NCBI GenBank assembly: GCA_030704615.1
Contig: CM060732.1
Coordinates: 52,266,001-52,330,000, forward strand
Origin: Takakia lepidozioides
Lineage: Eukaryota > Plantae > Bryophyta
Length of the DNA: 64,000 nucleotides
Direction: 5' to 3'
The position numbers and the translations under genes were made by a program. The notes below the pieces were generated by a model. The model did not search any database and had not been told where the DNA came from. It saw nothing but the letters and a program-made list of their open reading frames with translations. Positions within the stretch are counted from its first letter, which is position 1, and each line of letters opens with the position of its first letter. Shown here in pieces: positions 25,929 to 38,189 of the stretch.

Positions 25929-28604
25929 GAATGCTACGGGGCCAGAAGAAGAAGACCAAGGTTCTAGTTCAAACTTCAAACCCTGTTGCAGCGGCACCCG
26001 AAAACAAAACACAACATAAGCTTAAGAATTTCGCAATGTTGATCAAACTCCATTTATGCTCACTCACTTCTAAGTTTTGTCCACAACAAATTCCATATAC
26101 AACTTATGTTCGTGGCTGTTGTGTTTTTCCTTGCTGTTTCTGCCCACCGTGGGCTGGTTTCCTGGCTGTATGGGGACCCGTTCCCTTTGTTAACCGCCAC
26201 CGTTTCTGCAGGCTTAACTGTTTCCTTGCCATCTAATGTGTTTTTGGCTTCTGCGTACCGCGATAGTTAGGAAGCCCAGCTCTTCCAAGGAGCCACATTC
26301 CTGCAACACGTGCTTCCAAAAGGGGCTGCCGCAAGAGCTCATCCTCTCTTGTGGTTGGCTAAAGAACTTATGAATTTGGAACAAAACGTTGGCTCTCCAT
26401 GTTGGAGACACAGTCAACTCCACTCGGCCTCTTCTCCCAACTTCGGGCAAGCAACTTGGTTGGAAATGGCTCCCAGAAGGAACCATCACAACCCTGCTTG
26501 GACCCCCGTTTGGAATGAACCTACCAAAGGACCAAACAAACACATGGGGCGATCATCTCTAAATTTTAAAAAAGGGTCTATTGGGGTTCCAGACATCTCA
26601 CCCCAGCTGGACGTGCTCTCGTAGCCAAACAGATACTAGTGACAGGTATAAGTATGGTACTTCGCCTCTCTTTGGAGCTCCTCAGATTGCAAAGATTATG
26701 AAACTGTTGGAAACTTCATATGGGGAGCTGATGTGTGTTACGGTTGTTGGAATCATTGTCATCTACTCTGGAGTTTGAAATTACTATCTACTCTGGAGTG
26801 GTAGGTAAGTAGCCTAAATTGAGAATGGCAGCATAGTATGAACTATAGTATTTAAAGTTTTTCACTTCAAAAAACAAAAAAGTTTATGATGACCCTATTT
26901 AATTTCTGTAATGTCTATATTTGGGTCACTTGATGAAATCTATTTGATGCAGTTTTTTGGGGACTAGCCTCATTGCAAACAATGTTTTTGTTTTTAGCCT
27001 CCTGCCAATAATAAAGGCCCCATGACGTCTGGGACTGTCTGAACGAGGGTGGCTAGTTGCATGCGGGCCCCACATGCACTCCATACGAAAGCCAAGTTTG
27101 ACAAAGATTATAGAATAGAGGGAGCAAAATATCTAGAATGGAGGGTGTACAAGAGTAGGCGGGTGGTAGTGGTTGGATAGTTCGGGCAGGGGAGTTCATT
27201 GTTGGTGGTGGAAAAGTGGGCCGATGGAACAAGGAGGATGGAGGCTTGGAAGTGGGTAGAGGCCTGGCGATAGTTGAGACAGAGGGATGGTAGCCATAGG
27301 CATACAGGGGATGCGGCACACATGTATACAACATGCAGAGCAGGATGGGCCTTGGCTGTACTTTGAAGCTGGATAGCTTTCATATGTTTTTAGGCTCTCT
27401 ATGCAAACATAAGGGTTGGATATACTTTTATGTAGGACGTCTACTGAGTTACATGACAACTTCTACTTTTATTACGTCATATTATCTTTATACGACACTG
27501 ATGTTTATGCTTGAAGCTTTGCGATGTTGTAAGATATCAAGTTGTCAAGCTTGTTCCCACAAGATCCATGCTCCTAGGTCGGATATAGAAGAGCCGCAGG
27601 GATGAGGGGTTAAATAAGTTCAAGAAATGAGCGAAAGAGGAAGCGAGATCCAAGACAAACTCTTCAAGACAAGAGACAACGCTTTGCTCCAAAGGAGACT
27701 GACAATGCTAGATCAAGGGAAACTACTAGCATCTTGTATGGCACATGGACATTTTTTCACATGATATTATAGAAGAACAAATTGATGAAGATGGAAGTAA
27801 GTCTATGACTGGAAGGTGAAAAGAAACACACATTTGAGGTTAGTCAGAATAGATTGGCTGGTGCTCACTACTTTGGGCCCAACACAATTGCAGGATTCAT
27901 AACCACCATATCCAGGCCTCTATCCGTTGACAAAGACCAACCTGCCTTGTCATATTTCTCTATGTTTCATTCTCACATTGTATGCCTATGGAACAATTTT
28001 TGGAAGATTATGAAGTAAATATGAAGCCAAGACAAGCCAATCTTTTTGTTTTTAGCCTCTTGCCAAAAATCTATGATTTTTTCAAAATAATCCTGATATA
28101 TTGTCACTTGAATGTATCCTTGAATGGATTCAATGGTACCTTTGGACGGTAACACCTTGGGCCACAATAGGGGCTCTGGAATATCTCAACACTTTCGAAC
28201 ATCAATCATCGAGCACGGCCATTTTTGGGAAAAAAAAAATGAAAACAAATTCACATAATATTCACTTTTGATTTTACACTCTCTTGACAAAAGAATATAT
28301 CAGCACCGGTGGAATCCATAACTCCACAAATTGAACTTTGTAAGCAACATGACAAGTCAACTCCATGTTTCATCGTCAAGAAAGAAAAGTAGGGCGCAAG
28401 GAAGGTATAGTCCGGTGAGTGTGAACAGAGACCCACAATGCAGTCATTCTGAAATCTATTTATCGACAACCAACCCTTATACTCAAGTTGTTGTCTATCG
28501 TCAGCAGTTACCGCTTTTTTTAGGCTTACAGAAATATCTTGCATATTTTCAGCTTATAGCAGTTTTTGTGTTATACATGAGCTCATGGTTTCTTGTTGAG
28601 TACT

Positions 28605-31600
28605 TGTCAAGAAATGCAGACAGACTTACACGAGTTCTAGGATAGCAAGGAGACATTTTGTCTAACCCACTATGCTTCAACATTGTCTTTGCTGCTTCTA
28701 CCGATGACTAGTGATCAATACAAACTTAGAGCAAACACAGATCAGATTCTTCATGTTAAAACAACGTTAGCACATCTGTGCATACAGATTGCTGCATACT
28801 AAAACGATGCCAGCACAAAAGAGAGGTTTTTGCAACAACTAAAGCTACTTAAAGAAAGCTTAGCTATCAAGAAAATAGGTGAATGCTAGAGGTCACGTGG
28901 TTTTGGACATGAATGTTATAAAAGCCAACACTCCCACTCATTCATCAAAACTGACTATCTTCACATTTGCAAGAAATAGAACAAAGGAAACACAAAGAGA
29001 TGATCGCCTGTTAGAGCTCCCACTCAGTCATCATAAACTACACTCCGACTTGTTTTCCTTTGAAATGTGAGCTCCCCTGATTTCCATCAGATGCAGGCAA
29101 AGGCACCACACCCATGAGCTCTCGAAACTTCTGGAAGAGATCTTTGCATAGTCGTTTAGTAAAAATATCAGCAATCTGCACCCCAATATGAATGTACATA
29201 GGTTGGACCTGCTGTTCATTGTACTTCTCTCGGACAAAGTGGAACTGAATGTCCACATGCTAAGTCTTTTGGTGAAACTCAGGATTCTTCACGAGCTTGA
29301 TAGCTGACTGGCTATTGCAATGTATGACACTGGCTGTCTCTTGAGGAACGTCAATACTCCCAAACAATCGTCTGAACCAAATGGCTTCTTTAGTAGCAGT
29401 ACATGCCGCTATTTATTCAGATTCTGTCGTCGAATTTGAAGTGCACTTTTGCCGTTGACTACTCCATGCAATGGCAGCATTGCCAAAAAGATACACGTAT
29501 CCTGAGCGAGATTTCTTAGTGTCGATGTCACCACCATAATCAGCGTCACAGAAACCTGTAAGAGAGTTATCATTCTCTGTCCCATGATAGCAGATGCCAT
29601 GGGTACAAGTACTCTTCAGGTAACGAATGATTCGCTTAACTGCATTCCAGTGAGAAGTCCTTGGTGCTTCACAGAACTTAGCCACAATTCAGGTAGCATA
29701 TGCAATGTCAGGTCGAGTAGGTATCATTGCAAACATGATACTCCCCACAGCTTCCTTGTATGGCACGTCAATGCAAAGCTGATCGTTACTTTCTTCTTCT
29801 GGAAAGACTGTAAAATTCACGTGTGTGTCTGACGGCGTGGAAACTTCATTGGCATCCTTTAAACCAAACCGATGGATTACCTTCTGGATATAACGTTCTT
29901 GATTTACAAACAGAGCTCTCCTTGCCCTAAAACGATGGATGTGCAAGCCCACATAGTAAGATGCATCTCCTGTGGTTATCTCAAATACAGATTTGAGATA
30001 TTTGACCATATCATCAAACTTGTATCGATCTATGCAACAAGAAATGTCATCGTCCACAAAGATTCCCGACATGGTCTCAACCTTGTCTGTGCTGGAGTAC
30101 ACAAAAGGGATCAGCTTCACTGGCCTTGAGATTGTATTTTGTAAGAAAGTAGTCAAACTTCACATTCCATTGTCTTGCTACCTGTTTAAGGCCATAGAGA
30201 CTCTTTAACAACTTAAAGACTTGATTCTCTTTTCCAATCTGCTTGTAGCCTTCTGGCTGCTTCATATAAATCTCCTCCAGAAGATTACCATTCAAAAACG
30301 CGGTTTTAATGTCAAACCGAACAATCTCCATGTCGTGAGTGACTGCCATAGCTAGAATGATGCGAATGGAGTGATGCTTCACTACGGGTGAGAATGTTTG
30401 ACTGAAATCAATTCCTGCTGTCTCAGAATAGCCTTTGGCAATAACTTTGGCTTTGAAATGCTCGATTTATCAGATTTGTACTTCACCTTATAAACCCACT
30501 TACAGCGCACAACCTTTCCGTTGACAGGTAACTCTTGAAGAATCTATCACGGACATAGCCAAGAGGAACTTACCAGGAGTAAATACCAAAAATTACCAAG
30601 TTATCATGTTACCGGAAATTACCACAATTTACTGTAATTTACTATAATCTATCATGATTTACCATAAATTACCATAAATTACCAAGTTACCAGAAGTTTA
30701 TCAAATTATCGAAAGTAGCTTGGGAAACTGCTCAGGAGATTTCCTTTGGTAGAAACTTCTCCATCAAGAAACCTCCATTGGGGGAAGCTTTTTAGGGAAC
30801 TTCCTACTAGCCAGTATATATAGGAGGCGAGACTGGACACTCTTCAGTCTCGCCAATACAAGTTCAGACTACTATTGTTTCCAGTCTCAGTACTCAGCTT
30901 CTAGTACTCTAGCCCAGTTTCCAGTATCTGACACTCTAGTCCAGTTTCCAGCATTCTGGTATTGAAGTGGTGTTCCAGTATCTTGTACTCTTGTCCATTG
31001 TTATAAAGATCATCTTGATTCATGTTTATCCATCATGCATTCGGCCATGCCGACCTTGACTTCTTGTCTAGTCTTGTACCTCTAGTCCGATTTCTTATGT
31101 GTGTTCAGTCATGTTCTCGTCCTTGACAGAATCCATGTATTGTTTTTCCAGCAAAGATGCATACTCTTCATCCATTGCCTATTGCCACAATTCTGCATCC
31201 TTAGATCTCATGGCCTCACAGAAAAACCTTGGTTCATCTTCAAGATAAGTGTCATCCACTACATAAGCAAATGAAGTGTCACCACGCTTCCGCGATATGT
31301 CCCGCTCACCTAATCGAACAGGTGATCGACGAACCCTAGGAGGTTCATTCTTGTCAAAGCGGCCTTGAGCGGCAACATGGATTTCTTCGATCTTTTCAGC
31401 AACAGAACGTTCTGCAACATTGACTTCTTCACTTTCTTTATCAATAGAAAGCTCTATTTCACTCGGAAATGAACTGTCATCGAACTCCACATCTATACTA
31501 ATAGAGGTTTTCTTGGAAACTGGATCCCACAACTTGTAAGCACAACTCTTTGTGCTATACCCTATCATCAGCATCTTTTGACTCTTTGGTTCTAGTTTCT

Positions 31601-32817
31601 TTCATAGCTGTATTGGAATGTTTTTGAAAGCACTACATCCGAAGACTCTGAGGTGACCAACTGATGGTTTTTCTTTGTACCATAGTTCGTATGGAGTACT
31701 CCATTCGGTTTGCTTGCAGGTGACCTTATTCAAGGCATACATCGCTGTGTTGGCTGCTTCTGCCCATAGAATATCTCTAGCATGTAACATGCTTTCGACA
31801 ACAATTGTTCGATTGTCACGTTTAACATACCCGTTCTGTTCAGGAGTGTAAGGGGCACTATTCTCATGATGGATTCCCTTGCTATCAACATATCATTCAA
31901 ATGCCTTTCCAACCTATTCCTCCCATATCTGTTCGCAATTTGATTATCTTAGTCTGAATATGTTGGAACACCTCTTTTTCTAGGATCTTGAAGCATTCAA
32001 ATGCTTCTGACTTGTTACTGATAAAGAAAATGAAACGGAAGCCATGAGCATTATCCCTGAAAAGAATGTAGGAAGATGCGCCGCCCATGGATTTTACAGA
32101 CATAGGTCCACAAATATCTGAATGGAAAAACTCTCCGGGGGTAAGAGATCTCTCTTTCTCAGGCTGGAGAATGTGTATGTTCTCCTTAGACCTCTGCTCA
32201 TGGATAGCTTTGAGCCTATCCCACATTTTTGTAGCAGTTGTGCATTGGATGAGCATCTCTAGATAATTCTCATCAATCGCTGATGCTATCAGTACTCTTG
32301 TCTGATTATTCTTATCTATTCAGTCATCCTAATCATCTGCTTCTACCAACGTCTCAGTGCCATTGACAATCTTCATATATTTCTTGGCATGGAAAATCAT
32401 TTCCATTTGTATCGCCACAGTGCTCAGAAGCTATGCTTCCTATCAAACTTTCTGATAGGTGCTACATCTCTAGTCTCCATCGCTGTGAACAGATCAGTCA
32501 CGTCTCTTGTTTCTACACTAGCCTAACATGTGTGGGCCCATAACCTGTCAAGAAATGCAGACAGACTTACACGAGTTCTAGGATAGCAAGGAGACACTAG
32601 TGATCAATACAGACTTAGAGCAAACACAGATCAGATTCTTTGTGTTAAAACAACGTTAGCACATCTGTGCATACAGACTGCTGCATACTAAAATGATGCG
32701 AGCACAAGAGAGAGGTTTGTGCAACAACTAAAGCTACTTAAAGAAAGCTTAGCTATCAAGAAAATAGGTGAATGCCAAAGGACACATGGTTTTGGATAAA
32801 TGTTATAAAAGCTAACA
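28605..32817 (-). mobile_element. Decayed Ty1/copia LTR retrotransposon
   Basis: LTRs 28605-28930 and 32546-32817 (TG..CA). TSD GTACT on both sides (28600-28604, 32818-32822). PBS GGTTATGGGCCC and PPT TGAGTGGGAG. gag, integrase (HSDICGPM), RT (DIKTAFLNG, FVDD) and RNase H (FCDADY) fragments with stops and frameshifts. Confidence 0.95.
30545..31128. mobile_element. Solo LTR nested in the copia pol region
   Basis: TSD GAATC (30540-30544 and 31129-31133). Termini TATCACGGAC...GTCCTTGACA form an imperfect inverted repeat. Central TATATATA; no ORF. Confidence 0.85.
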
Positions 32818-33253
32818 GTACTCTGTTCTTGGCAACTGCAACGAAGTAACATCTTGCGGGAAATGCTTGGAAGAATTTGCGTGAACAGAAAATCTGCATG
32901 CTCTTAGATAGAAGGCCCTGGGGTCAAAAATTACAGGCTGGCCTGCATTTCACGAAACCTTCTTGATTTCTCCATAGTTAGTCTTGTTTGTCAAGCTCTT
33001 TTGATGGATCTGATTCAACAATGGAGAATAGTGACAGCACATAAAGACTAACTCTTAATCGGTAACTTCACACAAAAGTTACATACCTGTACTGTTATGG
33101 TAGTTTCTAATCACACAACAAAGGCTATCATATATAAACTGAAGAAGTATAATGAAAGATGCATCAAAAGACCGCGCTCCACTGGAGTCCGTTCCAAGTC
33201 TTTCACTTACACAAGAAAGGCAAGAAAACTTCCAGGTTTCTCTTGTTAAATTG

Positions 33254-34783
33254 CTACAAGCGAATGACATAAACGCGACTTTTCAGTATGAATTTGTGGA
33301 TACGGAATCCAGGCAGAAGGACGAGGGTTACTCTTGGTGGGGTTTCTTCCTCTTCAGTCGGCCCCTCGCCATCCCCCTCTGGATCTTCCGAGACAATACT
33401 CTCCATGTACTCAATGTCGAATGCTGCATTTCTGCCCACTCGGATCACTCTTGCGCATGGCTCAAACGAGAACGTCAGTTTGTGCAACATCCACACGCTC
33501 TTGGCCAATCGGAGGAAGGAGTCACGCAGTCGACCGTCTTGTCTGGTCTCCGTGGGCTCCCCGCTGGATTGCTTGGTGCTTTCTTGGATGGTGTCGAGCT
33601 CCTTGCCGAAGAGCCTTAGAAACTTTTGATTACAGAAACTGAGGAAAGCTTCTCTGTACTCGGCCGGCATGTCAGAAGCTTTCGAGAAGGCCTTGTACTC
33701 CTTGAAGAACGCCGCTGGAAGTTGATCCGGAGGTGGAAACTTGGCCCGCTGATTCTCATCCCCAAAGTCTTCCAGTTCGAAGCCAGAGAAGAAGATGGAA
33801 GACACATAAGCTTGGTAACCAAACTTGACATGAGCTTTTCTGGAGAAGGGGATATCAAGCCACTGTCCGGATTCAGACACGTTGATAGTTCCGCTGACGG
33901 TCATGAATTCCTTCGTGAAATCCGATAATTCAAGCTGCACCTTTTGGAAGGCGCCTTCAAGGAGAACAGGAGTAGCAGAAGAATCGGGAAAGGAGCCGCT
34001 TGTGACTCTCTCGTTCGCTATTTCCCTTTCAAGTAATTTTATTTGCTCCTGAAGTCTCTCAGCCCTTTGCTCTGCTAACCCCGCGTTGTTGTGGTCTGGA
34101 TATCTTTCTTTGCCCTGCTGACGCGCTGAGTTCAGCTCTCCACGGAGGTGATCAATCTCACTCTCGAGTCTGCTGATCTCCATGTGGCCACGTGCAATTT
34201 CCGTTTGCTTCACTGCCTCCACGCAATTCATACACGGCCTTCCTTGGAGTTCGTGATGGTCGACAGATCCACTAGGCTGTTTGAAAACGCCCCTGAACCG
34301 CGCTGCAAAGGATGCGAGAAAAGCTCCAGGTTGCTGGCCGGTTCGGATATGCTCGTAAGACGCAGTGACCTGATCGTTCTTGACAGTGTCTGAAAAGTTC
34401 CGACTCTCACCGATACCATGGATATTTGATGATTGCTCATGCCGATTATGCTGACGCGCTGAGTCCAGCTCTCTACGGAGGTCATCGTTCTCACTCTCGA
34501 GTCTGCTGATCTCCTTGCCACGTGCAACTTCCATTTGCTTCAATACCTTCGCGCAATTCATACACGGCGTTCCTTGGAGTTCCTCCTGGTCGACAGATCT
34601 ACTAGGCGGCTTAAGAACGGCGCCCTTGAACCGCTTTGCAAAGGATGCGAAAAAAGCTCCAGATTGCTGGGTTGGGATATGCTCGCAAGACTCAGTGACC
34701 TGATCGTTCATGACAGCGGACTCTGAAACATTCCGACTCTCACCGACCCCATGGTTATTTGATGACTGTCCGAGAGGATCCAT
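33254..34783 (-). CDS. Coiled-coil protein with GIL1/IRK-interacting-like C-terminal domain (GrpE-like pattern), 509 aa
   Basis: Two 111-aa N-terminal repeats, each ending PCMNC plus coiled coil. The C-terminus FLRLAKSVWMLHKLTFSFEP...FDIEYMESIV...VTLVLLPGFRI...KSRVYV is typical of the plant GIL1/IRKI family. Confidence 0.85.
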   Translation of the reverse strand: MDPLGQSSNNHGVGESRNVSESAVMNDQVTESCEHIPTQQSGAFFASFAKRFKGAVLKPPSRSVDQEELQGTPCMNCAKVLKQMEVARGKEISRLESENDDLRRELDSARQHNRHEQSSNIHGIGESRNFSDTVKNDQVTASYEHIRTGQQPGAFLASFAARFRGVFKQPSGSVDHHELQGRPCMNCVEAVKQTEIARGHMEISRLESEIDHLRGELNSARQQGKERYPDHNNAGLAEQRAERLQEQIKLLEREIANERVTSGSFPDSSATPVLLEGAFQKVQLELSDFTKEFMTVSGTINVSESGQWLDIPFSRKAHVKFGYQAYVSSIFFSGFELEDFGDENQRAKFPPPDQLPAAFFKEYKAFSKASDMPAEYREAFLSFCNQKFLRLFGKELDTIQESTKQSSGEPTETRQDGRLRDSFLRLAKSVWMLHKLTFSFEPCARVIRVGRNAAFDIEYMESIVSEDPEGDGEGPTEEEETPPRVTLVLLPGFRIHKFILKSRVYVIRL

Positions 34784-35287
34784 TGAGGCAGCAATCTCAG
34801 CAATCTCTCTTGCTGCTATGGACCGAAGGGATGCACTGAACCAAACACAGAATGCAAAGGAGCAATGTAACCAGCTTGCGATGAAATGCTCCCTGCATGC
34901 ACAACATTCACAGCTCTCCGATCCAGCTCAGAGGTAGATCTACAGCGCGCACCTTCTCGGTCTATATCTGTAATAGGAACAAAACATGCTCATTAATCTA
35001 CTGTTTTGGTTTACTTACGCCATAGATGTGCAGCAGTCGGTAGCTATTTCTAGAATCAAAATAAACTAGTTAATGCAATGCAACTGTGTCGGCTGGAATC
35101 AAAATAAACTAGTTAATGCAATGCAACTGTGTCGGCTAGAATCAAAATAAACTAGTTAATGTGATGCAACTGCAGTTTGGTTGACAATGCATTCTGGACG
35201 TAACACACAGTCCACATGCATTCAAGACTTGCACACCTTGGCACCCAGCGACTTCCTGTCCCTCTTTTTCGACAATAGCTCTGAAGA
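34784..35287. promoter_or_regulatory. Shared divergent promoter region with a 43-bp tandem repeat x3
   Basis: 504 bp between opposing ATGs. Unit ctagaatcaaaataaactagttaatgcaatgcaactgtgtcgg at 35050, 35093 and 35136. The paralogous region 23048-23130 has two copies. Confidence 0.7.
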
Positions 35288-38084
35288 ATGGCGACGGCCG
35301 CAGGTGGTTCAGATGCAAGGGTCGTGGCGAGTCTGGACTTCGGGACAACTTTCTCAGGATTTGCTTCAGTCCACACATCCGACCCATCGAAAGTCTGGAC
35401 ATTCTATGAATGGCCTGAGCAAGCAAGCGGCGGTGGAAGACCTTACTGCAAGACCCAGACTTCGCTGTACTATATTGAAGACAAGGAGGGAAAGCTGAAG
35501 CTTGAGAGTTGGGGCTGGCCTGCTTCGGTCACTTACACGAAGGTCTGTTCCACAGGGAAATCGAAGCGAGTTCCTAGACAGGAAGTCGAGCTGGAGAAAT
35601 TGAATCAAGTTCCTACTAAGGAGAACGATCTGGAGAAATGGAAGCAGGTTCCTACTAAGAAAGTCGATCTGGTGGAGAGGAAGTTACTCAAACCTCAACT
35701 AGCAGGCTCTGAAGTTCCTGCACAGGATGTCGAAGTTGGTAACCTGGTAACGCATGTCAAGCTCCATCTAGTAGGCTCCGAGAATGAACCGCTGTCGGCA
35801 CAAGCTTTGCCCGACGGCTTGACAACGAGGACCGTGACAACAGAGGAGTCACAGGAAGTCGTGCTGGAGAAATGGAACCAAGTTCCTAGACATGAAGTCG
35901 AGCTGGAGAAATCGAAGCAAGTCCCTACAGAGGAAGTCGCTCTGGAGAAATGGAAGCAAGTTCCTAGAAAGGCAGTCAAGCTGGTGGAGAGGAAGTTACT
36001 CAAACTCAATCTAGCAGGCTCCGAGAATGGACCGCTGTCCACACAAGATTTGCCCGACGGCGTGAGAACTGGGACCGTGATAACAGAGCAGTCACAGGAA
36101 GTCGTGCTGGAGAAATGGACGCAAGTTCCTACACAGGAAGTCGAGCTGGAGAAATCGAAGCAAGTTCCTGCAAAGGGAATCAAGCTCGAGAGGAAGTTCC
36201 ACAAACTTCATGTCGCAGGCTCTGAAGTTCCTACACAGGATGTCAAAGTTGGCAAGCTGGTAACGCTTTTCAAGCTTCACCTAGCAGGCTCCGAGAATGG
36301 ACCGCTGTCCGCACAAGCTTTGCCCGACGGCTTGACAACTAGGACCGTGATAACAGACTATCTGCGAGAAATATCCAAGTTTATCATGGTTCATCTCAAG
36401 AACCGCTACGGAAACCAATTAAGCATGCAGGAAGTCCAGTGGTGCTTAACTGTGCCTGCAATTTGGGACGACCAGGCCAAGCAGCGGATGAAATCATTTG
36501 CTGAGGAGGCGGGTCTAGTTCGAGGTTCTAGCAATGACATTGCGGCGAGCCCGCATCCTCTTATGATAGTCCTGGAGCCGGAGGCAGCGGCTGTGTACTG
36601 CCTCCAGAATTTGGAGGGCTTGTCATTTCGAGAGCAAGACAAATTCCTGACTGTCGACATTGGTGGAGGTACTGTCGACATAGTCGTTCATGAAAAGCTC
36701 CAGAGCGGTGACGCAAATCCTCGGGTTCGTGTTTGTCCGAATCTTCGTGAATGTTTGTTCTGGTCCTGATTGAAAGTAGTGTTTGTTTGAGACCGCAGCC
36801 TGCTCTCTCAACAGATTTTGATAAGAGTATGTCTTCTCGTCGTCTGTCCTTGCTTGTTGCGGAAACAAATAGATCCATACTAGAATTAGAACGTAGGATG
36901 CGGAGACCATGCAGAAGCTGGGATGTTGGCCAATGTTGTTCTCTCCAATCACTTTTAAGTTAGTATTACAACGGCAGAGCCTGTGACGCCAAGTGCTGCG
37001 TTCCCTCTCATAAGGAGGCTTGATGTTACATGGTGGATCGAACCAAGTTGACCTCCACATGTGTGTATCAATTGTGCAGTTGAAGGAGGTGACAAGGAGC
37101 ACAGGCGGTCTGTGCGGGGGAACGTATGTTGACAAGAACTTTCTGCAGCACCTTGTCGAGCGAATTGGCTGCCTACGCTCCTTCTTCGAGGAGAATCCTT
37201 TGACGTTGCTCTCGACACTTCGGTGGTGGGAGGGCATCAAAAGCACGTTCGATGGAACACAGAACGCAACCTTCGACACATCCGCCAAACTTGCCAAAGC
37301 CTGGGAGGTCTACGACAGCTACCAACGACCAGGAGCAGCAGCTGAACATGGCTATGATGAGGTGGAGTTGACGCAGAGGGACTTGATGAGCATATTCGAT
37401 CCGGTGGTGGAGCAGATCATTAAGCTCATCAAAGATGCACTTGATCAGGTCTGGGGGGAGGTGAAGGTCATCATGGCCGTTGGAGGGTTCTCTGCTAGTC
37501 CCTACTTGATGAGTAGATTGAAAACGGAGTTCCAGGACATCGTTGGAGGGGTTGTGAGCCCGCCCGATCCTGGCAGCGCGGTTTGCGTGGGTGCAGCAAT
37601 GCTGGGCGTAGCTCCCCAAGACATCATTCGTTCCCGGATCTGCAGAAAGACATACGGTCAGCGTATATGTAGAGAGTTTCTTCATGGAGATCCGGTTAGC
37701 CAGCAGTTCACCAACGACGACGGCTATTTGATGTGCGATCACGTCTTTAGTGTTTTCGTCGAAAATGGAGATGAGGTCCCCATCAATCACTCAGTCACTA
37801 AACTACTCTTTCCAAGCTATCATGGCTCGGAAACAATGCTGATCGAAATTGTCAGTACAAACAAAAAGAGTCCCAAGTACACATGCGAGGAAGGCGTAGT
37901 GGAGGAAGGGGAATTCGAACTAGACATGTCTGCAGGAATGCACCTGGACATGGAAAGAGAAGTGGAAGTGACGATGTTGTTTGGTCGGTCCAGCATTGAG
38001 GTGACGGCCAAGGGTGTCAACTTCGACGCAAGTGGAGGAGCTGAGAACGCTATTCCCGTGGCCTTCAGTGGGGGCAACGACTAA
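35288..38084 (+). CDS. HSPA12-type atypical Hsp70 (copy 2), about 813 aa, 2 exons
   Basis: Exons 35288-36724 and 37080-38084. Same ATPase motifs and intron position as copy 1, with a differently arranged repeat insert. Confidence 0.9.
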
Positions 38085-38189
38085 AAGGATGTGAGGACTC
38101 GAGGGCTAGAAGAAGACCAAGGTTCTGGTTGGCTCCAGAATGCAACGGTAGAACACATAAGAAGCGTCAGTTATCACGATTTTGAACCG

